The notes beneath the pieces were generated by a model. The model saw only the letters and a program-made list of their open reading frames with translations, was not told where the DNA came from and made no database searches. From a virus: a stretch of DNA of 64,000 nt. The stretch lies in IMG/VR virus record IMGVR_UViG_3300032240_003128. One strand, written 5' to 3'. Both the position numbers and the translations under genes were made by a program. Positions 1-8,549 of this stretch are shown here, piece after piece; position 1 is the first letter of the stretch, and every line of letters begins with the position of its first letter.

Positions 1-2
1 TG

Positions 3-1340
3 CTTGGAACTGATGATCGTGGAGCTACTCTTGAGTTCGCTTTGACAGAGTTTTCAAGAAAAAACAGTTCTAAGATAGTTTTTTTAAGCGGAACGCTGCC
101 TAATGCCAATCAAATAGCAGAATGGTTGTCCATATTAAATAAAAGAAAAACAATGGTTCTTAACTCAAAGTATAGAGCCGTTCCACTTGATGTTCATTAT
201 AGAAAATATGACACTTCTCTAAATCAAGGACCAAATCCTGTTGATATGTTTGACTCAATAGTCAAAATTTGTGAAAAGAATATTTCTGACAAAATACTTA
301 TATTCGTACATTCTAAAAACTTAGGCAAAAGATTAGTCAAGTATGTTGTAGAAAGAGGATTAGAAGCTAAATTTCATTCTGCTGATCTTGCTGCGGGTAA
401 AAGAAAATCATTAGAAAAAGAATTCAAAGATGGCTCTTTAAGATTACTTGTTGCAACAAGCACACTTGCTGCTGGTGTCAATTTACCAGCTAGAAGAGTA
501 ATCATTGCTGGAGTTGTCAGAGGAAACCAATTAGTAGAAAAGTCTGAAATATTTCAAATGATTGGTCGTAGTGGCAGGAAAGGAATCGATGATCAGGGTG
601 ATGCTTATATATTTTTCCCTGACAATAAGATTAGCTTGGCTAATGAGTACAAAAAAGTCGATAACATTTCTTCAAAATTGTTTTTGATAAACGATGATCT
701 TGAGTACCACAAACTTGCTGGTCATATTCTCGCTTTAATTCACTTAGAGAAAAAACTTAGTTTTGACAAAATATGGAGTGTGCTTTGCAACACACTAGGT
801 GCTTGTTCAGGCAAAATTAAATCTGATTATTTGAAAAATACACTAGATCGTTTAGTTAACATGAAATTTATTGAGCTTGTTGATGGTGACTACAAAATAA
901 AAAAACTTGGAATTCCAAGCGTATTGTTTTTTATTGATCCTTACGATTTAAACGTCTGGGTTAAAAACTTCTCTCGTTATTTTGCGGGATCTTCAAGAAA
1001 AGATTCTTTGGTAACTTATTATCTTTCTTTAATCCCATCTAATATGAAGTCGTTCATCACAGAAGAAGAAAAATTATTTTGCATGCAATACGCTGACAGA
1101 CTTAGAGAATTGCTTGGTCCTAATTTTATCGAGACAACAGCTATTAAGAATGGATATCTTTATTATTGCATGCTGAATAATAGATCAACAGGTATATTAT
1201 CACCTATGATTCCTGCTATTGTTAAGGATTTTGGCAGGATATGTGCTTGTTTGAATATGGTGTCAAAAATTTGCCAATGGAAATGCGAACATAATTTCTT
1301 CATTGGTTTGAAAGAAAGATTTCATCGTAAAAAAGTTTAA
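3..1340 (+). CDS. SF2 helicase, Ski2/Hel308-like (5' partial, begins upstream of window)
   Basis: Frame is open from base 3 (LGTDDRGATLE, the segment after the DExH box); motifs LSGTLPN, FHSADL, LVATSTLAAGVNLPARRVII, QMIGRSGR. Confidence 0.85.
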   Translation, partial: LGTDDRGATLEFALTEFSRKNSSKIVFLSGTLPNANQIAEWLSILNKRKTMVLNSKYRAVPLDVHYRKYDTSLNQGPNPVDMFDSIVKICEKNISDKILIFVHSKNLGKRLVKYVVERGLEAKFHSADLAAGKRKSLEKEFKDGSLRLLVATSTLAAGVNLPARRVIIAGVVRGNQLVEKSEIFQMIGRSGRKGIDDQGDAYIFFPDNKISLANEYKKVDNISSKLFLINDDLEYHKLAGHILALIHLEKKLSFDKIWSVLCNTLGACSGKIKSDYLKNTLDRLVNMKFIELVDGDYKIKKLGIPSVLFFIDPYDLNVWVKNFSRYFAGSSRKDSLVTYYLSLIPSNMKSFITEEEKLFCMQYADRLRELLGPNFIETTAIKNGYLYYCMLNNRSTGILSPMIPAIVKDFGRICACLNMVSKICQWKCEHNFFIGLKERFHRKKV

Positions 1341-1376
1341 TCATGCTCTCTTAGTTAAAGGCTTTGAGGGAATATC

Positions 1377-2000
1377 ATGTTGATGGAAAAGTTTTACACA
1401 GGACGGCAAACAAAGCCTAAATTGATTAAATTTACCCATAACGATTTAGAAAAGATTGCTTATAAGGTTTGCATAGAACCTGATGAATATAAAATATGTG
1501 TTGAAAGTGCAAGCAATATGTGGGCTAACAAAAAAAAGGGATCATATGGTAAAGGATTAGTTAATACTGAAGATGATCCTTATAAGACTGAAAGAACTGG
1601 AAAATTGGGAGAAATGGCTTTTTCTAAACTCTTTCAATTTCCTGTTGATTTGACTTATCGGGAAGGTGGAGATGATCAAGATTTCATTTGTAACGGAATG
1701 AAATTGAATATCAAAACCAGTACAAAAAAGCCTTGGTATATGGCTGGCTTGGTTACTGCTGGGCATTATCGAGGATCTAATTTCGTTCCTTTGGAGATCA
1801 AACACGATTATTATGTGTTTGGTTACATTGAAATGGAAGACAAAAAAGCCAATACTGCTTCAATAGTTTTTGTTGGCGGATGTGACAAAAAAACATTGAT
1901 TAACAGAGAAGTTAAAAGAGCAATCAAAGGTTCACATATGAATTATCAAATTCCTTATTCGGAATTGGTAGATATTGATAAAGTTAGTTTCAATCAGTAG
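1377..2000 (+). CDS. Hypothetical protein, possible PD-(D/E)XK nuclease fold
   Basis: GKLGEMAF...GGDDQDF...NIKTS pattern resembles restriction-endonuclease-like phage proteins. Confidence 0.5.
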   Translation: MLMEKFYTGRQTKPKLIKFTHNDLEKIAYKVCIEPDEYKICVESASNMWANKKKGSYGKGLVNTEDDPYKTERTGKLGEMAFSKLFQFPVDLTYREGGDDQDFICNGMKLNIKTSTKKPWYMAGLVTAGHYRGSNFVPLEIKHDYYVFGYIEMEDKKANTASIVFVGGCDKKTLINREVKRAIKGSHMNYQIPYSELVDIDKVSFNQ

Positions 2001-2229
2001 GTTTGCCAAAGAAGTTTTCTGGATATTCCATCTTAACGATTTTTTCTCCTTTGACTTCTTCTTCCCAAAATCGTACCTGTTCCACAGATACACCTAATTC
2101 AATATAATGACATTTATCATTTGGATTTACAGGCATATTAACACTTTTTCCGTTATGTAATATGTTTACTTTGCAAATATTTTCTTTTTTATCAAAGCAA
2201 AAACAGTTCTTGCATTTCTTCTTGCTCAT
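1990..2229 (-). CDS. Small Cys-rich hypothetical protein
   Basis: 79 aa, CKNC..C..C; fills the gap and is divergent from the kinase gene. Confidence 0.6.
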   Translation of the reverse strand: MSKKKCKNCFCFDKKENICKVNILHNGKSVNMPVNPNDKCHYIELGVSVEQVRFWEEEVKGEKIVKMEYPENFFGKPTD

Positions 2230-2237
2230 ACTATAAT
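2210..2237 (+). promoter_or_regulatory. Sigma70-like promoter, probably leaderless transcript
   Basis: TTGCAT-N16-TATAAT ending 6 nt before the ATG at 2244. Confidence 0.5.
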
Positions 2238-2243
2238 AGAGTC

Positions 2244-2876
2244 ATGAAAAACATCATTGTTGGATTATTTGGACAGGCAGCATCTGGCAAAGATACAGTC
2301 GCAGCAATGCTTGCTCCACGGTTGTGGGAATATATTGATTACGACAGACCTCTTGTTACAAAAATTGCTTTTGCATACAATGTGAAGAAAATATTTTGTG
2401 ATTACTTTGACGTTGGTTTTGATTTTATTGAAGAATGGAAAAGAAATCCTGAACCTCCTCCCGGTTTTTCAATGAATGTCAGACAGGCTTTACAAATGAT
2501 TGGTGATGGATTTAGAAAAGTTAAAAATTCTGTTTGGATCGACAAAGTTTTGAATAGAATGCAAAATGTAATCATCACAGATGGTCGTTATCTTAACGAA
2601 GCTAAAGCAATTAAGGAAAAAGATGGTATTGTGATTCTTATTGATCGTCCCAGTCATCGTAATGCTGATCAGAACGATAGTGAAAAGATTATGGGAGAAG
2701 TGTCAGATTATTTTGGAAATAAAGATGTGAATGGAATTGTTTCTGATAGTAATTATCCTATGTTTGATTATTACATAAAAAATGATAGCAGCATTTCAAA
2801 TCTAGAAGAGAAGATAATACAACAATTGATTCCTTTCATTGTTGAAAAGTTTGAATTAAAAGGATATGAATATTAA
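2244..2876 (+). CDS. Deoxynucleoside monophosphate kinase (phage type)
   Basis: P-loop GQAASGKDT, RQALQMIG, IITDGRYLNE, SE motifs typical of T4 gp1-like dNMP kinases. Confidence 0.85.
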   Translation: MKNIIVGLFGQAASGKDTVAAMLAPRLWEYIDYDRPLVTKIAFAYNVKKIFCDYFDVGFDFIEEWKRNPEPPPGFSMNVRQALQMIGDGFRKVKNSVWIDKVLNRMQNVIITDGRYLNEAKAIKEKDGIVILIDRPSHRNADQNDSEKIMGEVSDYFGNKDVNGIVSDSNYPMFDYYIKNDSSISNLEEKIIQQLIPFIVEKFELKGYEY

Positions 2877-2910
2877 TTCACAATCTATTATTGTTGAAAA
2901 ACAAATAAAT

Positions 2911-3882
2911 TTATCCGTAATTTGCTCGTGTATTTGGACTTCCTGTTTTTACAACTCGATCATAAGCATCCATTAATTCTTTATAAATTTCAGATTTTTT
3001 AGATTCGGTATTTACACGGTAATAAAAATCTAACAGACTATCAATATCAGTATTTTTGCTTCTCAAATCACTTATAAGTACCTCAGAAGCAGCCAATAAA
3101 AGTTTAATTTGGTGAGAGCTAGAATTTTTTTCTTTTGCAAACGCATTGCACCATTCATCATTATTAAGAATATAATGAAAAATTCTTTTTTCATCTTCTG
3201 GCAAAAAAGCAACAAGTTGCTTTGCATATTCTTTCAAACGATCTACAGTTAAATCAGCTATTTTAAACAATGATTCTTTGCTCATATAATTTTTTATTGC
3301 TGCAAGACGCACACCCATTTCTCTGGGATCGTTTAAATATTGAAACCAAGCACTCGAACCTTTTTTGGTATCATCTTGTTGTCCCGGAGGAAAAAAACGA
3401 ACTGCACCTTGGCTTCTATTAAAGGGGGTTTCGCCTTGTTGAGTTGTATGTCGTAATTCGTGAGCTAATGTTTCTGCTCCATCTTTTGTTAATTTTCCAT
3501 CTGATGTGGGAGTAGGAAGTTCAGCAAAAGCATTATTAGGCATAACCATAGTTTTTGAACTTCTGTTAAAATATGCTCTAGTACTTGCTCCCATAACTCT
3601 TGTCAATCCGCTTCTTGTCACAACAAGCATTCTTACTGGTTTGTCAAAAAATTCTTTAGATGTTGCAAATCCTATATCTCCCTGACTAGGTTGTTGTAAT
3701 TTATTAAAATCTGCATCCCATTTTTTAACGTCAAATTGCGCATTTCTTATCAGTTGTTTTGGTATTACATTTTTTTGAATTATTATTTCATCAGGTCTAT
3801 ATTCTAGATTATTTTGTTCATCTTGTTGTTCTGTAAAATATCGTGGATAATTTGTTTTTAACCATTCAGCAAAATTTTTCAT
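2911..3882 (-). CDS. Putative zincin metallopeptidase with internal-protein-like N-terminal tag
   Basis: Start MKNFAEWLK; TLAHELRHTTQ (HExxH) with a downstream YLNDPREM glutamate. Confidence 0.6.
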   Translation of the reverse strand: MKNFAEWLKTNYPRYFTEQQDEQNNLEYRPDEIIIQKNVIPKQLIRNAQFDVKKWDADFNKLQQPSQGDIGFATSKEFFDKPVRMLVVTRSGLTRVMGASTRAYFNRSSKTMVMPNNAFAELPTPTSDGKLTKDGAETLAHELRHTTQQGETPFNRSQGAVRFFPPGQQDDTKKGSSAWFQYLNDPREMGVRLAAIKNYMSKESLFKIADLTVDRLKEYAKQLVAFLPEDEKRIFHYILNNDEWCNAFAKEKNSSSHQIKLLLAASEVLISDLRSKNTDIDSLLDFYYRVNTESKKSEIYKELMDAYDRVVKTGSPNTRANYG

Positions 3883-3906
3883 TTTATCACCTATCATATT
3901 TATGAT

Positions 3907-4530
3907 TTATTTTAGGTTTTTCAAAGCATTTTCGGTCATTACAATGAATTCCCAGTTTCTTTTTTTGCAATAAACATTTGCTGCTTTCCATTTAGCAATG
4001 TTTTTGTTCCACTTTGTTTGTGATTTTGGTTTTATTTCCCACAATTCTATTTTTCCATCTGTGTATTCTACCAATATGTCGGGAATGTAATTGTGTGTTC
4101 CTCCATTGAAGGAATATTCTATTTGCAAGCTTTCTGCTTTGTATTTTCTTACTTTAGGGTTTTTCTCTAAATGTTTGATAAATTTTAATTCTAAACCGCT
4201 TCGAAAAAATATATTACAATGATTTTTTTCTGAATAAAAATTGCCTTGCTTGAATTTAGTGCCCTTTTTGCCAGTCCTTTTTACTTTTTTTTTTACATCA
4301 CGAATTATAAGTGCTCTTGTTTGAGTTCCCGGAGGAATCACTTCGCCAATATGCTTGGATCGATAATGAGCGATCAAATCTCTTGTAGGTATGCTGCAAG
4401 AGGGGCAAATGACGTAATCATCACCTTCTTTATGTTCTGTGACAATATGTGAACGAAAAACATCTAATTGATCATAACTTTGTTCGCAAATGAAACAACA
4501 ATAGTTTCTACCTGTATTTTTTTTGTCCAT
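3907..4530 (-). CDS. TnsA/T4 gp4-like PD-(D/E)XK endonuclease with two N-terminal C2H2 zinc fingers
   Basis: CFIC..H...H and CPSC..H...H; FRSGLE, YIPDILVEY, EIKP, K.KAA..YC....WEF.VMTE. Confidence 0.75.
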   Translation of the reverse strand: MDKKNTGRNYCCFICEQSYDQLDVFRSHIVTEHKEGDDYVICPSCSIPTRDLIAHYRSKHIGEVIPPGTQTRALIIRDVKKKVKRTGKKGTKFKQGNFYSEKNHCNIFFRSGLELKFIKHLEKNPKVRKYKAESLQIEYSFNGGTHNYIPDILVEYTDGKIELWEIKPKSQTKWNKNIAKWKAANVYCKKRNWEFIVMTENALKNLK

Positions 4531-4548
4531 GTAATAATATATATTTAT

Positions 4549-4914
4549 GTGAAGACTTTTATCCAATATATAACTGAAGAAAGAAAAAATTCAGACTTCA
4601 TGACAAGTCTGAAACTTTTTAATATTGACCCTAAAAATGCAGAACGAGCTATTGAAAAATCGCCATCTGTTTTTGCACAGGCTCTTTATGGCGATGACGA
4701 AGTAGGAGCATCTGCCTTTGATGTAAAAAAAATCGGCAAGAATTACATGATGAAAAACAGAAATGTTTTTGGTAATTTGACTTACAAAGATCACATCCCA
4801 TCAAAACTACAAATGAAAACAATAGTAACGCCTACCTTCGTTGATTATCTTAAAACACAAGGTTTAGCAGGATCTGAAAAATACAATGATTTTCTAAAAG
4901 GTAAAAAGGCATGA
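4549..4914 (+). CDS. Hypothetical protein with internal-protein-like tag
   Basis: In-frame GTG at 4549 gives (M)KTFIQYITEE and removes the overlap with the divergent gene. Confidence 0.6.
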   Translation: MKTFIQYITEERKNSDFMTSLKLFNIDPKNAERAIEKSPSVFAQALYGDDEVGASAFDVKKIGKNYMMKNRNVFGNLTYKDHIPSKLQMKTIVTPTFVDYLKTQGLAGSEKYNDFLKGKKA

Positions 4915-5120
4915 AAGGCTTCAAGAAATGGCTCCAAATTGATGAAGTAGCTACTAGCACAGCAGATGTGGCTCATTTCTCATTGCCTATCGGTGCTGGT
5001 ATGATTAGTAGAACATTTCCCCAGTTTTTTAGTGTCGGGCAGCATGGATTAGGTGGACCAGTTCAGCAATTAACTGATACAGATTATGTTAAACCAAAAA
5101 GGAAAAAGAGGCGATCATGA
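4911..5120 (+). CDS. Small protein with internal-protein-like tag and basic tail
   Basis: MKGFKKWLQIDE...KPKRKKRRS; overlapping start/stop with both neighbours. Confidence 0.65.
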   Translation: MKGFKKWLQIDEVATSTADVAHFSLPIGAGMISRTFPQFFSVGQHGLGGPVQQLTDTDYVKPKRKKRRS

Positions 5121-5584
5121 TAACATTTTATGATTTTTTAGCTGAACAAGATGCACCATTACCACCGCTAGGACAACCACAGCAGCAACAAGGACAGCAG
5201 CAAGGTCAACCACAGCAGCAACAAGGTCAGCAGCAAGGTCAGCAACAAGGTCAACCACAGCAGCAGCAAGGACAGCAGCAAGGTCAACCGCAGCAAGATA
5301 ATATTCTTGTCCACAGAGGTATTCAATATGACAAGGCACAAGTAAAAAAATATATATTCCAAGTTTATGATGACTTATATCAAAAAGAAAATAAGCTTCA
5401 ATTTTTTGTAATGGATATGTTTGAAAATGATCCAAAACGTAATGAAATTCAACAAAAAGTAGCAGCCGAACACATGAAAATTCATGATATTATTGAAGAT
5501 ATTAAAGCGTATTATCAAAGTGTATTACAGCCAAACACACCAAAAGAAACGAGAAAGTGGCGTTTCGGAGATACTAAAAAATAA
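5117..5584 (+). CDS. Gln-rich protein with internal-protein-like tag
   Basis: MITFYDFLAEQ followed by (GQPQQQQGQQQ)n. Confidence 0.7.
   Translation: MITFYDFLAEQDAPLPPLGQPQQQQGQQQGQPQQQQGQQQGQQQGQPQQQQGQQQGQPQQDNILVHRGIQYDKAQVKKYIFQVYDDLYQKENKLQFFVMDMFENDPKRNEIQQKVAAEHMKIHDIIEDIKAYYQSVLQPNTPKETRKWRFGDTKK
5170..5297 (+). repeat. Coding tandem repeat (GQPQQQQ/GQQQ units)
   Basis: Repeated caaggtcaaccacagcagca / ggacagcagcaa units. Confidence 0.85.
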
Positions 5585-5601
5585 AACAATTGGAGTTAAT
5601 A

Positions 5602-6159
5602 ATGAGTACATTCACAGATTTTTTAAAAAATAAAAAAAAATTTGTTGTTCAAGAACAAGGCGTAATAGGAGGTCCATTAGTTGATGGAGCACTTGAAGGA
5701 TTAGGCGTTAATGATAAAATGCGAGGTGTTGGTAAAGCTTTAGGACAAGGAGCCAAGGACACTATTGCAGGAGTTGGTAAAGCTTTAGGACAAGGAGCCA
5801 AGGACACTGCTGTAGGAGTTGGAAGAGCAGTGTTTGGTCAAAATCAAGATTTTACTCGTAATAATATGGCACAACTTGGTGTTGGCGAAGATACAAGAGA
5901 AGTTAGAAGGAAGTATTCAGAACTCCAGAATGCTCTTGCTAATTATTACAATGTTATTAAAAGCAGTCCTACTTTGAGAAAATCTAAACAAGGTCCAGCA
6001 ATTGCCGAGCGTATTCAAAAAGTGTTGGAAGAAATTGAAGATGATTTAGAAACAACTTATAACATGTATCAACAATCAGAAAAAAGAATTCGACCACTTA
6101 ATCCGATTAATGATCCAAATTTAGCAAATCCTCAAAGAGGATTTATTAGACCAGAGTGA
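5602..6159 (+). CDS. Hypothetical protein with tag and 15-aa tandem duplication
   Basis: MSTFTDFLK...VQEQ; GVGKALGQGAKDT twice at 45-nt period; GGAG Shine-Dalgarno. Confidence 0.7.
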   Translation: MSTFTDFLKNKKKFVVQEQGVIGGPLVDGALEGLGVNDKMRGVGKALGQGAKDTIAGVGKALGQGAKDTAVGVGRAVFGQNQDFTRNNMAQLGVGEDTREVRRKYSELQNALANYYNVIKSSPTLRKSKQGPAIAERIQKVLEEIEDDLETTYNMYQQSEKRIRPLNPINDPNLANPQRGFIRPE

Positions 6160-6270
6160 AAATAATATGTTGCTGCATACATACTTATGGAGGTTTCGAT
6201 CTCCTTAATGTTAAAAATATAATAGAAATTCTTAATAAATATAATAGTTAGTCATATGACAGGTTTCTTG

Positions 6271-6300
6271 GCAGGGGTTCCTAAAAACCCCTGCTTTTTT
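6271..6300 (+). terminator. Rho-independent terminator
   Basis: GCAGGGGTT-cctaaa-AACCCCTGC followed by T6. Confidence 0.85.
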
Positions 6301-6354
6301 ATTTGTATTCATTCTTTTCTATGTTATAGTAATTAAATCTTAGAGGATGATACA

Positions 6355-7224
6355 GTGGACGCAATTGATTTAGTTTCAGTTAAAGAAATTCAATGTCTCG
6401 ATAAAGGTTTTGTAAAATTGATTGACGTAATGCCAAGGATTGTTCCTGATGGGCAAACATGTGATTACGCAATAGCTCAAATGGCAAGGGTAAGTTATGG
6501 GCAAGGTACAAAATCTATTAACGAAGACAAGAGTCTTATTCGTTACCTTCTTCGTCACAGTCATACATCTCCATTTGAAGGAATCGATTTCAAGCTACAC
6601 CTGAAAATGCCTATTTTTATAGCTCGTCAAATTTTCAGACACAGGACTAGTAGCGTCAATGAGATTAGTGGTAGATATTCTGTTATGAAAGACGAATTCT
6701 ACATTCCTGATATTAACGATTTACGCAAACAATCAACAATTAATAAACAAGGTGGCGAGGAAATATTAGATAAAAATGTAGCACAAGAATTTGTTGATCA
6801 GATTGAATCGAATTGTAAAAATGCTTATTCTGCTTATTTACAAATGCTAGATGCAGGCATTGCTAGAGAACAAGCCAGAATGGTTTTGCCTCTTAATCTT
6901 TATACCGAATTTTACTGGAAACAGGACTTACATAATTTATTGCATCTTTTGTCACTTCGAGCAGATGCTCACGCTCAGAAGGAAATTAGAGCGTATGCTG
7001 ACGCTATTCTCAAGCTCCTTACACCTTTGGTTCCTTGGACGATAGAAGCTTGGAATGATTATCATCCAATGCGTGGAGCCATGAAATTAACACGATTGGA
7101 AGTGAAATCTTTGTCTGAATCTTTAAAAGATAATATTGATAAATCTAAACTATCTGATATTGGTTCAGACAATAAACGTGAGCAAGCTGAATGGCAACAT
7201 AAAATTGGTGACTTTTATGCATAA
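6355..7224 (+). CDS. thyX: Flavin-dependent thymidylate synthase
   Basis: ARVSY, HTSPFE, RHRTSSVNEISGRY (RHRx7SxR), EQARMVLP, HAQKEIR. Confidence 0.95.
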   Translation: MDAIDLVSVKEIQCLDKGFVKLIDVMPRIVPDGQTCDYAIAQMARVSYGQGTKSINEDKSLIRYLLRHSHTSPFEGIDFKLHLKMPIFIARQIFRHRTSSVNEISGRYSVMKDEFYIPDINDLRKQSTINKQGGEEILDKNVAQEFVDQIESNCKNAYSAYLQMLDAGIAREQARMVLPLNLYTEFYWKQDLHNLLHLLSLRADAHAQKEIRAYADAILKLLTPLVPWTIEAWNDYHPMRGAMKLTRLEVKSLSESLKDNIDKSKLSDIGSDNKREQAEWQHKIGDFYA

Positions 7225-7252
7225 CTTCCACTAATTTAAAGTGGAGGTGTTT

Positions 7253-7681
7253 ATGAATTGTCATAGTTTTTGGAGATATGTATTTCTTTGTTTTCACCTA
7301 CTTACTATTTTCGGCATTATGCTTGTACTAAGTGCAATGTCACCAAGTAGTTCTGGCGCAAGAATTGGTGAAATTGAATTAAAAGATCAATTAGCCACAA
7401 AGACTTTGTATTCTGATAACGTAAATTGGATTCTTTCAACCAACCCAGAAATTACTATTATTGATAATCAAATAATAAGTGGCTATAATGTTGTGTTTTA
7501 TGAAGTGAAAGATACTAAGAATATCAAGCTTTCTGAACCAAAATTTTCCGCAAAAGAAGATGATAGAAATGATAATGTTTTGGTTAAGATGAGAGCTTTT
7601 TGCAAATCGATGGCGGAAAAAGTAAAAGGAAGAATGATTGTCACTAAGACATCTGTTATTGATTTAAAAATTTCAGAATAA
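7253..7681 (+). CDS. Membrane-anchored hypothetical protein
   Basis: N-terminal hydrophobic helix; GGAGG Shine-Dalgarno before the ATG at 7253. Confidence 0.6.
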   Translation: MNCHSFWRYVFLCFHLLTIFGIMLVLSAMSPSSSGARIGEIELKDQLATKTLYSDNVNWILSTNPEITIIDNQIISGYNVVFYEVKDTKNIKLSEPKFSAKEDDRNDNVLVKMRAFCKSMAEKVKGRMIVTKTSVIDLKISE

Positions 7682-7715
7682 TTACCTTCGACCGAAGGCT
7701 ACTGTCTTACCTTGG

Positions 7716-8066
7716 TCAAGTAGGACAGTATGCTTTCGATCTAATTGATGATTTTTTATAATAAGTTGACTTTGCGGGATAGATAGGCTTATTAACTGTT
7801 GGTGTATTGTACAACTTGGGGGAAGATGGACTGGGAACGACTTGCTGAAGAGACTTTTCTTTTTCTGGTGGATTTTCTTTTAGTTCTTTTTTTTGTTGGT
7901 CTGCCTTTAATAACTCTTCTTTACTGTTTGCATCAAGTTCTTTAATCAATTCTCTGATTTTTGCTTTTTCAATTTCCTTTTTGTTTGGAAATTTTACAAC
8001 TGGTAATTCTTCACCAAAGCAAATTTTGCTAAATACAAACAGTAAAGGAAGAATTAAATATCTCAC
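7716..8066 (-). CDS. Exported protein ending CPT-UGA (possible CxxU selenoprotein extending to 7707)
   Basis: Signal peptide MRYLILPLLFVFSKICFG; 3' end tgt cct act TGA cca agg TAA followed by a hairpin with a GGTC loop. Confidence 0.65.
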   Translation of the reverse strand: MRYLILPLLFVFSKICFGEELPVVKFPNKKEIEKAKIRELIKELDANSKEELLKADQQKKELKENPPEKEKSLQQVVPSPSSPKLYNTPTVNKPIYPAKSTYYKKSSIRSKAYCPT

Positions 8067-8539
8067 AATTTGTCCTCGTCAACAGCTTTTGTAATTGCAT
8101 CGATAATTGCTTCGATAATAAGAGGACCATATTTCTTGCCAATGTATGGAAGAATCTTTTCAATAAAAACCTTAATAAGATTAGAGCTCATTAGGTCAAT
8201 GTTTTCATCTTTGACAAAATTATTGATATCTTCTCTGCTAAGAGCAGCCGCTCCTAGCGTTTCTTGATTTACGATTTCCATTAGATTTGCTTGCATTTTG
8301 TTCTTAGACATCAAAGAAATAAAGAAGTCTAAAACAAATGGACCAAATAGTCTGAAACTTTCCAGAATGAATGCAAACGAAAATCCATTCCTTAATCCTT
8401 CTGTGACAGTGCTAAGGACTTCAGGACCATACTTGTTTAAACAATCGGCAATGAACTCTGTAGAAGCGCCCATATTAAGGGCGCTTTCTTTCATTACCTC
8501 AACATCAGCCAACGAATATCTTGTTTCTGGTTCGCTCAT
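8063..8539 (-). CDS. Alpha-helical hypothetical protein
   Basis: AGGAG Shine-Dalgarno before MSEPET; repeated KYGP/LFGP helical motifs. Confidence 0.65.
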   Translation of the reverse strand: MSEPETRYSLADVEVMKESALNMGASTEFIADCLNKYGPEVLSTVTEGLRNGFSFAFILESFRLFGPFVLDFFISLMSKNKMQANLMEIVNQETLGAAALSREDINNFVKDENIDLMSSNLIKVFIEKILPYIGKKYGPLIIEAIIDAITKAVDEDKL

Positions 8540-8549
8540 TTCAAGCTCC

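Noticed and set aside
3907-4530. Tn7-like transposon
   Set aside because: Only a TnsA-N-like nuclease domain is present; no tnsB/tnsC and no terminal repeats
5170-5830. CRISPR array
   Set aside because: The repeats are in-frame coding duplications without unique spacers, and no cas genes are present
6189-6204. tRNA (T-arm-like GGTTTCGA hairpin)
   Set aside because: No acceptor, D or anticodon arms can be built around it
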